From Candidatus Krumholzibacteriia bacterium (GTDB lineage: Bacteria > Krumholzibacteriota > Krumholzibacteriia > JAJRXK01), in assembly GCA_041484665.1 (NCBI GenBank), contig JBGPIA010000011.1:32001-96000 (forward strand): a stretch of 64,000 bases of DNA, read 5' to 3'. Positions 9,042 through 18,823 of the stretch are shown here, piece by piece. Numbering within the stretch: position 1 is the stretch's first letter; each line of letters starts with the position of its first letter. The position numbers and the translations under genes were made by a program. The notes beneath the pieces were generated by a model that saw only the letters and a program-made list of their open reading frames with translations, was not told the origin of the DNA and searched no databases.

Positions 9042-9719
9042 TCACGGCTCGCGATACAGCCCCTTGACCATCCCCCAGCTCACGCTTTCCACGGGCACCG
9101 GGGCCACGTCGAAACTGAGATCGTCGAAGTTGGCCGGGTCGCCGTCGCGGAAGGCTCCGAATTCGACGTAGTCGATCTGCTTGCCGTTGGGGCGTGGGGC
9201 GATCTGCAGGACCTGCGGCACGCCCACCCGATTGGGTCCGGCCTGGCCGAAGGTCCAGTCGACGAAACCCGCCTTGTTGAAGGCCTTGAGATAGCTGGCC
9301 GTCCCCGGCCCCAGATGGATGACGGTGATCGCCACGCGCGGTTGGGGCAGGGTGAAGGTCACGCGGATCCAGCCCTGCACGTCGGTGATGCCGGTGCACT
9401 GGCCCACGTCGAAGATGCTGAGCACGTTCGGCGGGCTGCTGCCGCCGCCGCAGGGTGGCACGGCGAACACGCGCTCCAGCCCACCTTCGCCGAAGGCGCG
9501 GATGGCGACACCGCGCTGGGCGTAGGCGTCGTTGACGACCGTGCCGGCCACGACGTTGTCGAAGTTGAGCAGGATCGCGGCGCAGACGGGCGGCGCCGTT
9601 ACGGGGCCGGCTGCCGTCAGCAGGCAGATGGTGGCGATCGAAATCGTGGCCAACCGGGATCGGGCGTTCAACGGGCACCTGCCTTGGGGCGCATTCGCAG
9701 CGCGTCGCACTGAGCTCAC
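9042..9719 (-). CDS. Secreted protein with a C-terminal VPVESVSWGMVKGLYR tail
   Basis: Hydrophobic signal region; LLNFDN...VVNDAYAQRGV...NFDDLSF domain of the kind seen in PEP-CTERM proteins; GTGA overlap with the upstream stop; start uncertain. Confidence 0.75.
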   Translation of the reverse strand: MSSVRRAANAPQGRCPLNARSRLATISIATICLLTAAGPVTAPPVCAAILLNFDNVVAGTVVNDAYAQRGVAIRAFGEGGLERVFAVPPCGGGSSPPNVLSIFDVGQCTGITDVQGWIRVTFTLPQPRVAITVIHLGPGTASYLKAFNKAGFVDWTFGQAGPNRVGVPQVLQIAPRPNGKQIDYVEFGAFRDGDPANFDDLSFDVAPVPVESVSWGMVKGLYREP

Positions 9720-10882
9720 CGCTTGCCGAAGAACCCCCGCACGACGTTACCCCCCACCATCTTCATCACCTCTGGGTTGTTCTCCAGGCGGCGCATGCTG
9801 TAGGCGCGCCAATGTGTGCCGTAGGGCACGTACAAGCGCAGACGGATGCCCCGCTGCACGAGCTCGCGTTGCAGCCGCTCGCGGGGGACGCCCAGCAGCA
9901 TCTGCACCTCGATCTCGCGGTCGGGCTTGTTCAGCGTGCGGGCAATCTCCAGGGCCGCGCGGATTACCCACTCTTCGTGGGTGGCCAGTCCCACGTGCTG
10001 CCCATTGCGCCACATGATCGGCAGCAGCTCGAGCAGTTTGCGCTTCATCTCGGGCTTGTCCTGCAGCGCGATGGGCGGCGGCTCGCGGTAGATGCCGATG
10101 CACAAGCGTACGTTGGGCGCGAGGTCCTTGAGCACCTCCACATCGGCCGGCGTGCGGAACAGCCGCGACTGGAGCACGACACCGCAGTTGGAATGCAGCG
10201 CTCGCACCCGCCGGTAGATGCGCAACGTGCTGTCGACGGTGGAGTGGTCCTCCATGTCGAAGCGGACGAACGTGCCGTGGGCGGCGGCGCGTGCCACCAG
10301 GCTGAGCGCGCGGGTGAAGCACTGCTCCTCGTCGATCTGCTGGCCCAGCGCCGAGAGCTTGATGGAGATGTTGGCGTAGTGCAGACCCGCCAGGTCGTCG
10401 ATCAGCCGCTGGTACTCCTCGAAGTACCCCTCGACGTCGCTGCGGTCGCGCACGTCCTCGCCCAGCACATCGAGCGTCGACCACAGCCCCTTCGTATGGA
10501 ACAGCGCGCGTGCCTTGGCCAGCGCCTGCTCGCGGCGCTCGCCGGCGATGTAGGGACCGGCGGCAATGCGCAGGATGGGATCGGGGAGCAGGCGCAGGCT
10601 GCGGGCGATCAGGCGCTGCAGGCGGCGACCCAGCGGCTCGGCCGGCTGCGGGGTCCCCGCGCTGTGGCCCCACGGCCCGGTGCGCAGCCGGCCCGTGGTC
10701 GACCCGGCCACCGACCCGGCCACCGAACCGGCCACCAGCCCCGCGTCCGATCCCGTCGCCGACCCTGAGACAGGCCCGGTGCCGGTGCCCGCGGCAGCTG
10801 CCGCGGAGCCGTCTCCATCGCCGCCCATCCCAGGGAGCGACGCGGAACCGGCAGGGGGAGGCTCGTGCACGCCGGGCGACAT
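9716..10882 (-). CDS. Monofunctional proline dehydrogenase family protein
   Basis: Motifs SIKLSALG, RFDMED, VLQSRLFRT, ATHE, LYVPYG and YSMRRL; low-complexity N-terminal extension. Confidence 0.85.
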   Translation of the reverse strand: MSPGVHEPPPAGSASLPGMGGDGDGSAAAAAGTGTGPVSGSATGSDAGLVAGSVAGSVAGSTTGRLRTGPWGHSAGTPQPAEPLGRRLQRLIARSLRLLPDPILRIAAGPYIAGERREQALAKARALFHTKGLWSTLDVLGEDVRDRSDVEGYFEEYQRLIDDLAGLHYANISIKLSALGQQIDEEQCFTRALSLVARAAAHGTFVRFDMEDHSTVDSTLRIYRRVRALHSNCGVVLQSRLFRTPADVEVLKDLAPNVRLCIGIYREPPPIALQDKPEMKRKLLELLPIMWRNGQHVGLATHEEWVIRAALEIARTLNKPDREIEVQMLLGVPRERLQRELVQRGIRLRLYVPYGTHWRAYSMRRLENNPEVMKMVGGNVVRGFFGKR

Positions 10883-11081
10883 GGGCCCATCCTTTCGGCG
10901 GTGTCAGGGGGCGCCGGAGGGCGGGACCGCGCGCATGCACGCCACGGCCGCAGCCCGATTCAATGATATGACAACGGCAATCGGCTGCCTAACACCGAAC
11001 TCGTGGCGAGCGCTGGCCCGCGCCTCGGTCGAGAAAAGCGCGTGACGCCGATCTCCTCTGCAGACTGCGCTCGGGCCATCC

Positions 11082-11528
11082 TCAGGCGGGCATCCCGAAG
11101 CGGGCCCGCAGCTGCTGGTGCCGGTAGGCGAAGATGGTGCGCAGGTCGCGGGCCACGAGCAGGCGGTCCATCAGCACACCCCCGGGCACCGCGTACTCGA
11201 CCACGTCACCAGCCACCGTGCCCGCGTCGCGCGGCGTGAAGGTGTGCTCGTGGCGCCAGCGCCGATAAGGCCCCCTGCGTTGCTCGTCCACGAAGCGGCG
11301 CGCCGGCTCCCACACGGTGATCTCGCTCTGCCAGCGCACGGGCAGGCCGTGGACGCGCAGACGGTATTCGATGCGCGTGCTCGCGCCCATGTCGACCGGT
11401 GGCGGCGTGAGCACCTGGAAGTGCAGCCACGGCGGTGTCAGGACCTGGAGGTTCTGCACGTCGGCGAAGAACGGGAAGATCTCCTCCGGGCGGCGCGGCA
11501 ACCAGAGTTCGGTGTGGAAGACGGGCAC
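11082..11528 (-). CDS. SRPBCC family protein
   Basis: FPFFADVQNLQVLTPPWLHF; WQSEITVWEP; FVDEQRRGPYRRWRHEHTF. Confidence 0.9.
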   Translation of the reverse strand: MPVFHTELWLPRRPEEIFPFFADVQNLQVLTPPWLHFQVLTPPPVDMGASTRIEYRLRVHGLPVRWQSEITVWEPARRFVDEQRRGPYRRWRHEHTFTPRDAGTVAGDVVEYAVPGGVLMDRLLVARDLRTIFAYRHQQLRARFGMPA

Positions 11529-11560
11529 AGCAGCTCGCGACGTGTCGTGACGAACCCGTA

Positions 11561-12514
11561 TCAGCGCCCCAGTGCCGCTCGCAGCGCCGGCTCGAGCGCC
11601 GGGTGCGCGAACGTGTAGCCGAGCTGCGTCGCGCGCTGCGGGAGCACCTTCTTACTCGACAAGAGCTCGGTCGAGAACTCCCCGAGCAGAAGCTTCAGGG
11701 CGAGCGCGGGGGCGGGCAGCACGGCAGGACGGCCCAGCACGCGCCCCAGCGCGCGCGCGAAGTCCCCCTGGCGCGCGGCCTCCGGCGCGGTCGCGTTGAT
11801 CGCACCGCTCCAGCTCTCGCCCAGGGAGCGCAGCGCCAGCCCTGTCACATCGTCACGGTGCACCCACGACCACCATTGCCGTCCCGACCCCAGCGGCCCG
11901 CCTGCGCCCAGACGGAACGGCGGCAGCATCGCCTGCAGCGCGCCGCCGTCGGGGCCCACGACGATGCCGAAGCGCAGCCGCACCACGCGCAGCCCCAGCG
12001 CCTGGGCTGCGACGGCCTCCGCCTCCCAATCGCGGCACAGCTGGGCCAGGAAATCAGAGCCGGGCTCGCTGCTCTCCACGAGCTCGGCCTCGCCACGGTC
12101 GCCGTAGTAGCCGATCGCGCTGGCGCACACCAGCACGCTCGCGCGAGGCTGCGCGGCGGATGCGCCGCCCGCGCTCGAGGCGCCGCCGGCGCCGCCCGCG
12201 CCGGCGAGGCCCGTCACCAGATTGCGCGTGCCGAGCACGCGGCTGTCGCGGATCTCCTGCTTGCGAGCCGCCGTCCAGCGGCCCGCCACCGACTCGCCCG
12301 CCAGGTGCACGACGGCATCCGCGGACTGCAGCGCCTCCTGTGGAGGGCGGCCGGCCTTGGGATCCCAGCGCCACGCGCGCTGGACACCCGGGACGTCGCG
12401 CTGCGCCCGCTGCGGGTCGCGGGAGAGGGCGAGCACGCCGTGCCCAGCCCCGCGCAGGCGAGCGCAGACGGCACGACCCAGGAAGCCGGTGGCACCCGTG
12501 ACAAGGACATCCAT
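11561..12514 (-). CDS. TIGR01777-family NAD-dependent epimerase/oxidoreductase (YfcH-like)
   Basis: True start MDVLVTGATGFLG at 12514; VVHLAGES, SAIGYYG, GGPLGSGRQWWSWVHRDD. Confidence 0.92.
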   Translation of the reverse strand: MDVLVTGATGFLGRAVCARLRGAGHGVLALSRDPQRAQRDVPGVQRAWRWDPKAGRPPQEALQSADAVVHLAGESVAGRWTAARKQEIRDSRVLGTRNLVTGLAGAGGAGGASSAGGASAAQPRASVLVCASAIGYYGDRGEAELVESSEPGSDFLAQLCRDWEAEAVAAQALGLRVVRLRFGIVVGPDGGALQAMLPPFRLGAGGPLGSGRQWWSWVHRDDVTGLALRSLGESWSGAINATAPEAARQGDFARALGRVLGRPAVLPAPALALKLLLGEFSTELLSSKKVLPQRATQLGYTFAHPALEPALRAALGR

Positions 12515-13043
12515 CGCGAAGCTCCCTGCGCAGTGGGGAGGGTCCCGGGCAAGGGTGGTGGAGTCGGTACTCGGTGCTCGGGGCGGACCGGCAGCGCAGA
12601 CTAAGGAGAGTAGCAGGGGGCGCGCGCTTGTCACGGGCCCAGGGGGGCGGACCTGGGGGCGGGTCTGGCAGCGGCTCCGACGGCGTGCTTCGGCCGCGGC
12701 GCGGGCGGCCCCGGCGTCAGCGGGCTTTGGCCAGGTGCGCAGGTGTCGAAATCGGCCGAAGCCCGTACGAGGGTCCGGAACCGCCCGCCGCCGAGCCATT
12801 CCGTAGGCGGAAGGCAGGAGGCAGCGTCCGGAATCCCGGCTCCCGAGCGTCCCCCGGAAAAAACTTACCCTCGAAGTCCTATGGTTGGCAAGCACGAGTC
12901 TGACGCCCCCACTCGGCCCGCTGGGTCGGGCTGCGGCCGGTCCAGATGCTCCCCCGCGCCAGGGGGGAGGGCGGTGGGTCAATTCGAGCCCGGATTTCAT
13001 CGCTCGGCAGGGAGGCAGAGAGCGATGCTCGGCGGCGAGCCCG

Positions 13044-13077
13044 TGCGAATCTGACCATAGATATGCTCATATTCGCA
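13044..13077. promoter_or_regulatory. 34-bp imperfect palindrome upstream of the TrmB regulator (candidate operator)
   Basis: tgcgaatctgaccatagatatgctcatattcgca is largely self-complementary and AT-rich for this genome. Confidence 0.5.
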
Positions 13078-13184
13078 GAGGGTCACGCCAACTGACCCAC
13101 CACGGGGGCGAGCTGACGGTAGTCTAGAGCGCCGCGGTAGCGCTATCATGCGCGGTCGATTGCCCTTACCGGCGAGGAGGCACC

Positions 13185-14006
13185 ATGAGCGCTACGGCTG
13201 CGGCGCGCCATCGACGGAGAGCTCCTTCTGTAGACCCCAAGGTCGAGGAGGGGCTGCGCAATCTGGGGCTCACCGACTACGAGATTCGCGTCTACATGGC
13301 GATCCTGCGCCACCCCCAGAGCCGCATCCCGGAGGTTGCCCGCTGGAGCGCGGTTCCCCAGCCCAAGGTGTATGCCACGGTCAAGCGCCTGATCGAGCGC
13401 GGGCTCTGCGAGAGCCACCTCGGACCGGTGAACCAGTACAGCGCCATCTCACCGCAGGAGGCCTTCGAGCCGCTGCTCGATGATCTGCGCGGCCGCCACA
13501 ACGAAGCCAAGTCCGCCGTGCTGACGCTGCGCTCCGAGCACGCCAAGGCCTCACGTCCGCTCTCGCGGCGCGAAGGCCGCATCAAGGTCTTCCAGGGCCG
13601 GCCCGCGGCGGCGCGCAATTTCAAGTTCTTGCTGGCGAACGCGCGCCTCGAAGTGGGGATCATCGCCCGTGTGCCGTTCGTCGTCAGCGACGACGAGGAG
13701 ATCATTCGCGATCGCATCGCCGCCGGGGTCAAGATCCGCCTGCTCGTGGAGATCCCGGCCCAGCTCTCGCCCCAGGATCGACAACTCATGGAGGAGCAGG
13801 TGCGGGCGGGCTCCCAGCTACGCACCATCGAGGAGGTGCCGATGCGGCTGGCCCTCTTCGACAGCAAGATCACGACCATGCCGATGCTGGATCCGGCTCC
13901 CGCGGAGGGAGACGGGTTCATCATGCTCGAGATCCGCAACGAGAGCCTCACTCGCGGCATGACGAAGGTGTTCGATATGCTGTGGGCGGTCGCGCGGGAT
14001 CTGTGA
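13185..14006 (+). CDS. TrmB-family transcriptional regulator
   Basis: LRNLGLTDYEIRVY...EVARWSAVPQPKVYATVKRLIERGL wHTH, coiled coil and PLD-like effector domain; GAGGAGG RBS. Confidence 0.88.
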   Translation: MSATAAARHRRRAPSVDPKVEEGLRNLGLTDYEIRVYMAILRHPQSRIPEVARWSAVPQPKVYATVKRLIERGLCESHLGPVNQYSAISPQEAFEPLLDDLRGRHNEAKSAVLTLRSEHAKASRPLSRREGRIKVFQGRPAAARNFKFLLANARLEVGIIARVPFVVSDDEEIIRDRIAAGVKIRLLVEIPAQLSPQDRQLMEEQVRAGSQLRTIEEVPMRLALFDSKITTMPMLDPAPAEGDGFIMLEIRNESLTRGMTKVFDMLWAVARDL

Positions 14007-14180
14007 GGCGGCGCGGCCCAGTGGCCCATCCCCCAATGCGTCCACGCCGAGATGGCTCGGCTGGGGAGTGCGCGCCCGATGCGATGCTCGTCCCGCCTTC
14101 AGATCGGCCCGCTGCGCGCCGCGCCCGGCTGCGTGCGCGCACGGGCGCGCACCTACGTGCGCGAGGAGGGGCGAGCGGTC

Positions 14181-17100
14181 GTGCGCTCCATAGTGCTCGC
14201 GGCGCTGGCGAGTCCGCTGCTGGTTCCCGCGGCGCTCGCATGGGGCGCGCCGGGCCCGGCCGTGGACACGGCCGCGGAGCCGTCGGCTCCCGATCCCACG
14301 CGGCCGATCGACGAGCTGAGCGCCCGCCAGCAGGACGCCCAGGCGCTCGAGCTCAGCGAGCAGGCCCGCGCGCGCGCTCCCTCTGACCTCGTCCTGCTCG
14401 ACCAGGCCGCGCGCCTCTACGTCGAGCTGCAGCGCGCTGCCGAAGGCGAGGCCGCGCTGTCCGCGGCGCTCCCCGCGGCCAGCACCACCACCGCCGCCGC
14501 CGCGTCCGACGCCGCGCGGGCCTTCGTGGCAGGCGCGTTCCTCTACCATCAGGAGCGTTTCACCGAGGCGCTGCCCAAGCTGCAGGGCGCGGCTGATGCG
14601 CTGCGCGCGGCCGGCGACTCGCTGGCGCTCGCCCCTGCCGAACTGCGGCTCGGGGAGTGCTTGCGTGAGCTCAAGCGCCGCGCTGAGGCGAAGACCACAC
14701 TGCAGGAGGCCCACCGCCTCGCCGCGCGCTCGCCGCACGCGCGCTTGGACTTGCAGGTGACCGAGGCGCTCGCGCGCTGCTTGCAGGAAGAAGGCGACAA
14801 CGACCGGGCGCGCGCGGTCCGGGAAGAGGCTTTGGCGCGGGCGCGCGCGCTGCACGACCCGCTGAGTGTGGGCATCTTCCTCAACGGTCTGGCCGCGCTG
14901 CAGCTGCGCGCGGGGCTGTACGCCCGCGCGGCGCAGACCTTCCTCGAGGCATCGCGGCAGGCGCACGCCGTCGGCGCAATCGACGACGAGCTGGCGCGCC
15001 GCCTGCGGGCCGGCAACGCACTGGTGAGCCTCGCCCAGCTCGACTCCGCGCAGGCCATCTACGAGCGGGCCCTCGACGACGCGCGACGCGCGGGCGTTGC
15101 GGCGCGCGAGGTCCAGGCGCTGACGCGCATGGGCTCGCTGCTGCGCCAGCGAGGCGATCCGGCGCAGGCGCTCGCGCTGTTCGCGCAGGCCCACGCTGTC
15201 GCCGACGCGCATCACGTCGCGCTCCTGGACACCTGGCCCACGCTGCTGGCCGAGGGCAATGCTCTGGTCGAGCTCGGGCGATACAAGGAGGCGCTCGCGG
15301 CGCTGGAGAGCATCCGTGCCATCACGGAATCGCAGGATCCGCGCTCGCATGCCTCGGTGCTCAACAGCATCGGCAACTGCCACCAGCACCTGGGAGCGCT
15401 CGCTGCGGCCCGCGCCGCGTACGACCAGGCGGTGGCGATCATGGAGCAGATCAAGGACTACGCCTCCGTGGGTCGCTACATGACCAACATCGGCAATTGT
15501 TACATAGACGAGGGGCGCTTCGAGCAGGGATTGCAGCGCTATCTGAAGGCCCAGCCGATCCTCGAGCAGACGCATCAGCCCATTCCGCTGGCGATCAATC
15601 ATCTCAATATCGCCACGGTGTACGAGCGCTTCGGCAAGAACGAGCTGGCGCTCGAGCACGCGCGCCAGGCGCGCGCGCTCACCGAGCAGGCTGGCAGCAC
15701 CTACAACCTCGCCGGTGCCCTGATTACAGTGGGCGAGATCCACGCGCGGATGGGCCGCCAGCAGGAAGCGCGAGCCGAGTTCGAGCAGGGGTTGCAAGCA
15801 TCCCGCGCCGTCGGCCAGCAGGGAAACGAGCTGCGCGCGTTGGTCGCGCTGGGAACCGTTGACGAGGAGGAAGGCCACTTCGACGATGCCGAGCTCCGCT
15901 GGACATCGGTGTTGCAGGCGGCGCACGAGACGGGCGAGACCACGATGGAGAACCGTGCGCTGGTGGGCCTGGGCGATGTCGCGATGAAGCGTGGCCAGTT
16001 CGACCTGGCGCTGCAGCGGTTCCAGCAGGCGCGCGCGGTCGCGCTCACCACAGGCTCGCCACGCCGGCTGGTGGACCCGGTGAGCGGCATCGCCCAGGCG
16101 CTGGCGCGGGCCGGGCGCTCCGCAGAAGCGCTGGCCGCCTACGAAGAGGCCGTGGGTTACGTCGAGCGTCTGCGCGAGGGGACCGGCGCTGAGGAAGAGC
16201 GCTGGGAGCTCTTCGATCAGTTCGCTCCCCTCTATGCCGGAGCTACGGTGCTGCTGGCGGAGATGGCCCAGCAGCCGGATTCGCTGCCGCCGTCCGGTCA
16301 GGCCGGCCAGCTGTCGCCGTCAGGTCCGCGTGCCCAGCTGCCGCCGTCCGGTCAGCGCGGCCAGCCGGTCGAGCCGGGCAGGCCGGCCCAGCCGCAGCGC
16401 GCCGAGCAGGCGTTCAGCTTCGCCGAGCGCTGCCGTGCGCGCACCTTCCTCGACCACCGGCTGGTGCAGGGAATCGACGTGGGACACGGGCTGTCCGCGG
16501 AGCTGCTGGACTCCAAGCACGCCAACCTCGCGCAGTACAACCTGGCCAACTCTCGCCTGCTGGCCCGCTGCGCGCAACTCGCCGCGGCCGGAGGCGCCGG
16601 CACGCCCGAGCGGGCCACGCTGGAGCAGGACAGCGTGGCCGGGCCCCTGCTGCGCGACCTGCAACGCCTCAACGAGGAATACGCGCGCATCGAGGGGAGC
16701 CTGCGCCCCGAGCAGAACCGCCTGACCGGCCTGCAGGACACGGGTCCCGCCCGCCTGGAGCAGGTGGCTGCGGCATTAGGCCACGATGGCCTGCTGCTGG
16801 AGTACTTCGTTCAGGATGACGTGGTGCTGTTGATGACGGTCGACGGGCGCGCTCGGCTGCGCCTCTACCGCATTGCGCCCGAGGCGCTGCCCAAGGCCCG
16901 GGACCTGGCGGCCATGCTGCGGCCCTCCAGCTCGCCGCGCAGCTTCGCGGTGGCAGCGTACGCGGCGCTCGCCCACGAGTTGTACCACGAGCTGCTGGAG
17001 CCTGCGGCCGAGCAGCTGCGCGGGGCCGCGCATCTGGTGGTGGTTCCCGACGGCCCGCTGGCCTACCTGCCGTTCGAGGCGCTGCTCACGCGCGAGCCCG

Positions 17101-17993
17101 CGGGGGGCGGGGCTGACTCGGGCACGGCCGCCTCGACTGCCTCGGCTGGCTCGGTCGCTGACCTAGCGGAGCTTCCTTATCTGTTTCTGGAGCACGAGAT
17201 CGCCTACGTGCCGTCGGCGACAGCGCTCGTACGTTTGCAGCAGGAGCGCGTCCACCATCCGCCGCTCGCTCGCGCCGGCGCGCAGACGCTGGTGCTGGCC
17301 AATCCGGTCTACGCGGGAGTGCTGGCGGGAGTGCCGGCGGAGGGGACGACTGTCGCCACGGCCAACTCCGAAAGCGACGACAGCGGGGAGCGGGGGCGCG
17401 CGCTGCGCGAGTACCGCTTCACGAGCCTCCCGTACACTGCCCGCGAAAGCGCGGCGATCGAGCGCCTGCTCGGCAGCAGCAACGTCGTGCGCGTGGAGGG
17501 CAAGGATGCCCGCGAGGAGTACGTGAAGGCCGCCGACCTCACCCGCTTCGCGCGCATCCACTTCGCGACCCACGCGATGGTCGACGACGAGGTCCCGCAG
17601 CTCTCGGCCGTGGTGCTCGCCCAGGACGACGACCCGACCGAGGACGGCTTCCTGACCATGCGCGAGATCTACGATCTGAAGCTGGACGCCGACCTGGTGG
17701 TGCTCTCGGCGTGCAGCACGGCCGAGGGGCGCTCCTACCGCGGCGAGGGCGTGATCGGGCTGGCGCGGGCGTTTCTGGCTGCCGGAGCGGCTTCGGTGCT
17801 GGTGACGCTGTGGCCCGTCAACGATGTCTCCACGGCCGCGTTCATGGAGTCGTTCTACGCCGCGCTGCACGCCGGCCGCTCGAGCGAGCAGGCGCTGCGC
17901 CAGGCGCGGCTCGACCTGCTGCGCAGCGACCGCCCGGCCTGGCGGCTACCGATGCACTGGGCCCCCTTCGCGCTGGTCGGAGAAGTGCGGTGA
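14181..17993 (+). CDS. Exported TPR-CHAT (caspase HetF-associated) protease
   Basis: GTG 14181 after GAGGAGG; signal-peptide-like RSIVLAALASPLLVPAALAWG; long TPR array; CHAT motifs VVPDGPLAYLPFEAL, IHFATHA (His), VVLSACST (Cys), VTLWPVND, HWAPFALVG. Confidence 0.92.
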   Translation: MRSIVLAALASPLLVPAALAWGAPGPAVDTAAEPSAPDPTRPIDELSARQQDAQALELSEQARARAPSDLVLLDQAARLYVELQRAAEGEAALSAALPAASTTTAAAASDAARAFVAGAFLYHQERFTEALPKLQGAADALRAAGDSLALAPAELRLGECLRELKRRAEAKTTLQEAHRLAARSPHARLDLQVTEALARCLQEEGDNDRARAVREEALARARALHDPLSVGIFLNGLAALQLRAGLYARAAQTFLEASRQAHAVGAIDDELARRLRAGNALVSLAQLDSAQAIYERALDDARRAGVAAREVQALTRMGSLLRQRGDPAQALALFAQAHAVADAHHVALLDTWPTLLAEGNALVELGRYKEALAALESIRAITESQDPRSHASVLNSIGNCHQHLGALAAARAAYDQAVAIMEQIKDYASVGRYMTNIGNCYIDEGRFEQGLQRYLKAQPILEQTHQPIPLAINHLNIATVYERFGKNELALEHARQARALTEQAGSTYNLAGALITVGEIHARMGRQQEARAEFEQGLQASRAVGQQGNELRALVALGTVDEEEGHFDDAELRWTSVLQAAHETGETTMENRALVGLGDVAMKRGQFDLALQRFQQARAVALTTGSPRRLVDPVSGIAQALARAGRSAEALAAYEEAVGYVERLREGTGAEEERWELFDQFAPLYAGATVLLAEMAQQPDSLPPSGQAGQLSPSGPRAQLPPSGQRGQPVEPGRPAQPQRAEQAFSFAERCRARTFLDHRLVQGIDVGHGLSAELLDSKHANLAQYNLANSRLLARCAQLAAAGGAGTPERATLEQDSVAGPLLRDLQRLNEEYARIEGSLRPEQNRLTGLQDTGPARLEQVAAALGHDGLLLEYFVQDDVVLLMTVDGRARLRLYRIAPEALPKARDLAAMLRPSSSPRSFAVAAYAALAHELYHELLEPAAEQLRGAAHLVVVPDGPLAYLPFEALLTREPAGGGADSGTAASTASAGSVADLAELPYLFLEHEIAYVPSATALVRLQQERVHHPPLARAGAQTLVLANPVYAGVLAGVPAEGTTVATANSESDDSGERGRALREYRFTSLPYTARESAAIERLLGSSNVVRVEGKDAREEYVKAADLTRFARIHFATHAMVDDEVPQLSAVVLAQDDDPTEDGFLTMREIYDLKLDADLVVLSACSTAEGRSYRGEGVIGLARAFLAAGAASVLVTLWPVNDVSTAAFMESFYAALHAGRSSEQALRQARLDLLRSDRPAWRLPMHWAPFALVGEVR

Positions 17994-18706
17994 GCGACGC
18001 GGCGCCGGGGCGCACGCCCAACGCGCGGCCGGGCGGGCAGGCGGACGGGACAGCGGGCGGGACGGCGGGCGGGCACTCGGGCAGGCCAGCGCACGAGCAT
18101 GCGGGCGCCGCAGGGCGGCCGGCGCACGAGGCGCTGCTGGTGGAAGGATTCCTGTTCGGCGACCGCGCGGCGCTCGCGACCGTCGACGGCTGGATCCTCC
18201 CCGTGATCCGCCATCGCGCCTGGCGCTTGCGCGCCAGCCAGGAGGACCTGCACCAGGATATCCGCTTCAAGCTGCTGGGGCTGTTCGAGCGGGGCGCGTT
18301 CCGCGGGCAATCCAGCTTGAAGACCTACGTGCAGGCGGTCGCAAAGCATACCTGTCTGGACGCCTTGCGGCGTGCGGCGATCCGCATCGCCGCTCCGATC
18401 GACGACCAGGCGGCGGAACTCCTCCCCCCTTCGCGCGACAATCCGGATGAGGGCGTCGAGCGGAGCGAGCAAACCGCGCTCTGCTACGAGGTCCTGTCTC
18501 GCCTGCCCCAGCCTTGCCGCCATGTCTTCCAGCGCATCCTGGAGCAGGAGCGCAGCTACGAGGAGATCGCCCACGAGCTGTCGATCTCCGTCGGAACGGT
18601 GAAATCACGGCTCGCGCGCTGCCGTGACCGGGCGATCGCGCTGCGCGCGGATCTGCTCGCGGTCCGCCGCTCCCGAGGCCGCCGCGCGATCCCGGGCACG
18701 GCGTGA
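17990..18706 (+). CDS. ECF RNA polymerase sigma factor
   Basis: GTGA overlap with the CHAT stop; region 2 EDLHQD...FRGQSSLKTYV...CLDALRR; region 4 SYEEIAHELSISVGTVKSRLARCR. Confidence 0.92.
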   Translation: MSDAAPGRTPNARPGGQADGTAGGTAGGHSGRPAHEHAGAAGRPAHEALLVEGFLFGDRAALATVDGWILPVIRHRAWRLRASQEDLHQDIRFKLLGLFERGAFRGQSSLKTYVQAVAKHTCLDALRRAAIRIAAPIDDQAAELLPPSRDNPDEGVERSEQTALCYEVLSRLPQPCRHVFQRILEQERSYEEIAHELSISVGTVKSRLARCRDRAIALRADLLAVRRSRGRRAIPGTA

Positions 18707-18823
18707 TGCGCGATCCCGGGCGCGGCCCGTGCCGCGGGACGGAGCGTGGGCCCGGGCGTGGGTCGGAGCGTGGGCCCGGGCGCGGCACGGAAGATGGGGC
18801 GGGCGCTAGGAGGTGGGGATCCC

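Noticed and set aside
10987..11060. GCCTAAC as the start of a third attC
   Set aside because: No complementary L arms and no GTT core downstream
14181..18706. Type III-E CRISPR Craspase locus
   Set aside because: No cas7-11, csx30/csx31 or array in the window, and this CHAT appears to be exported
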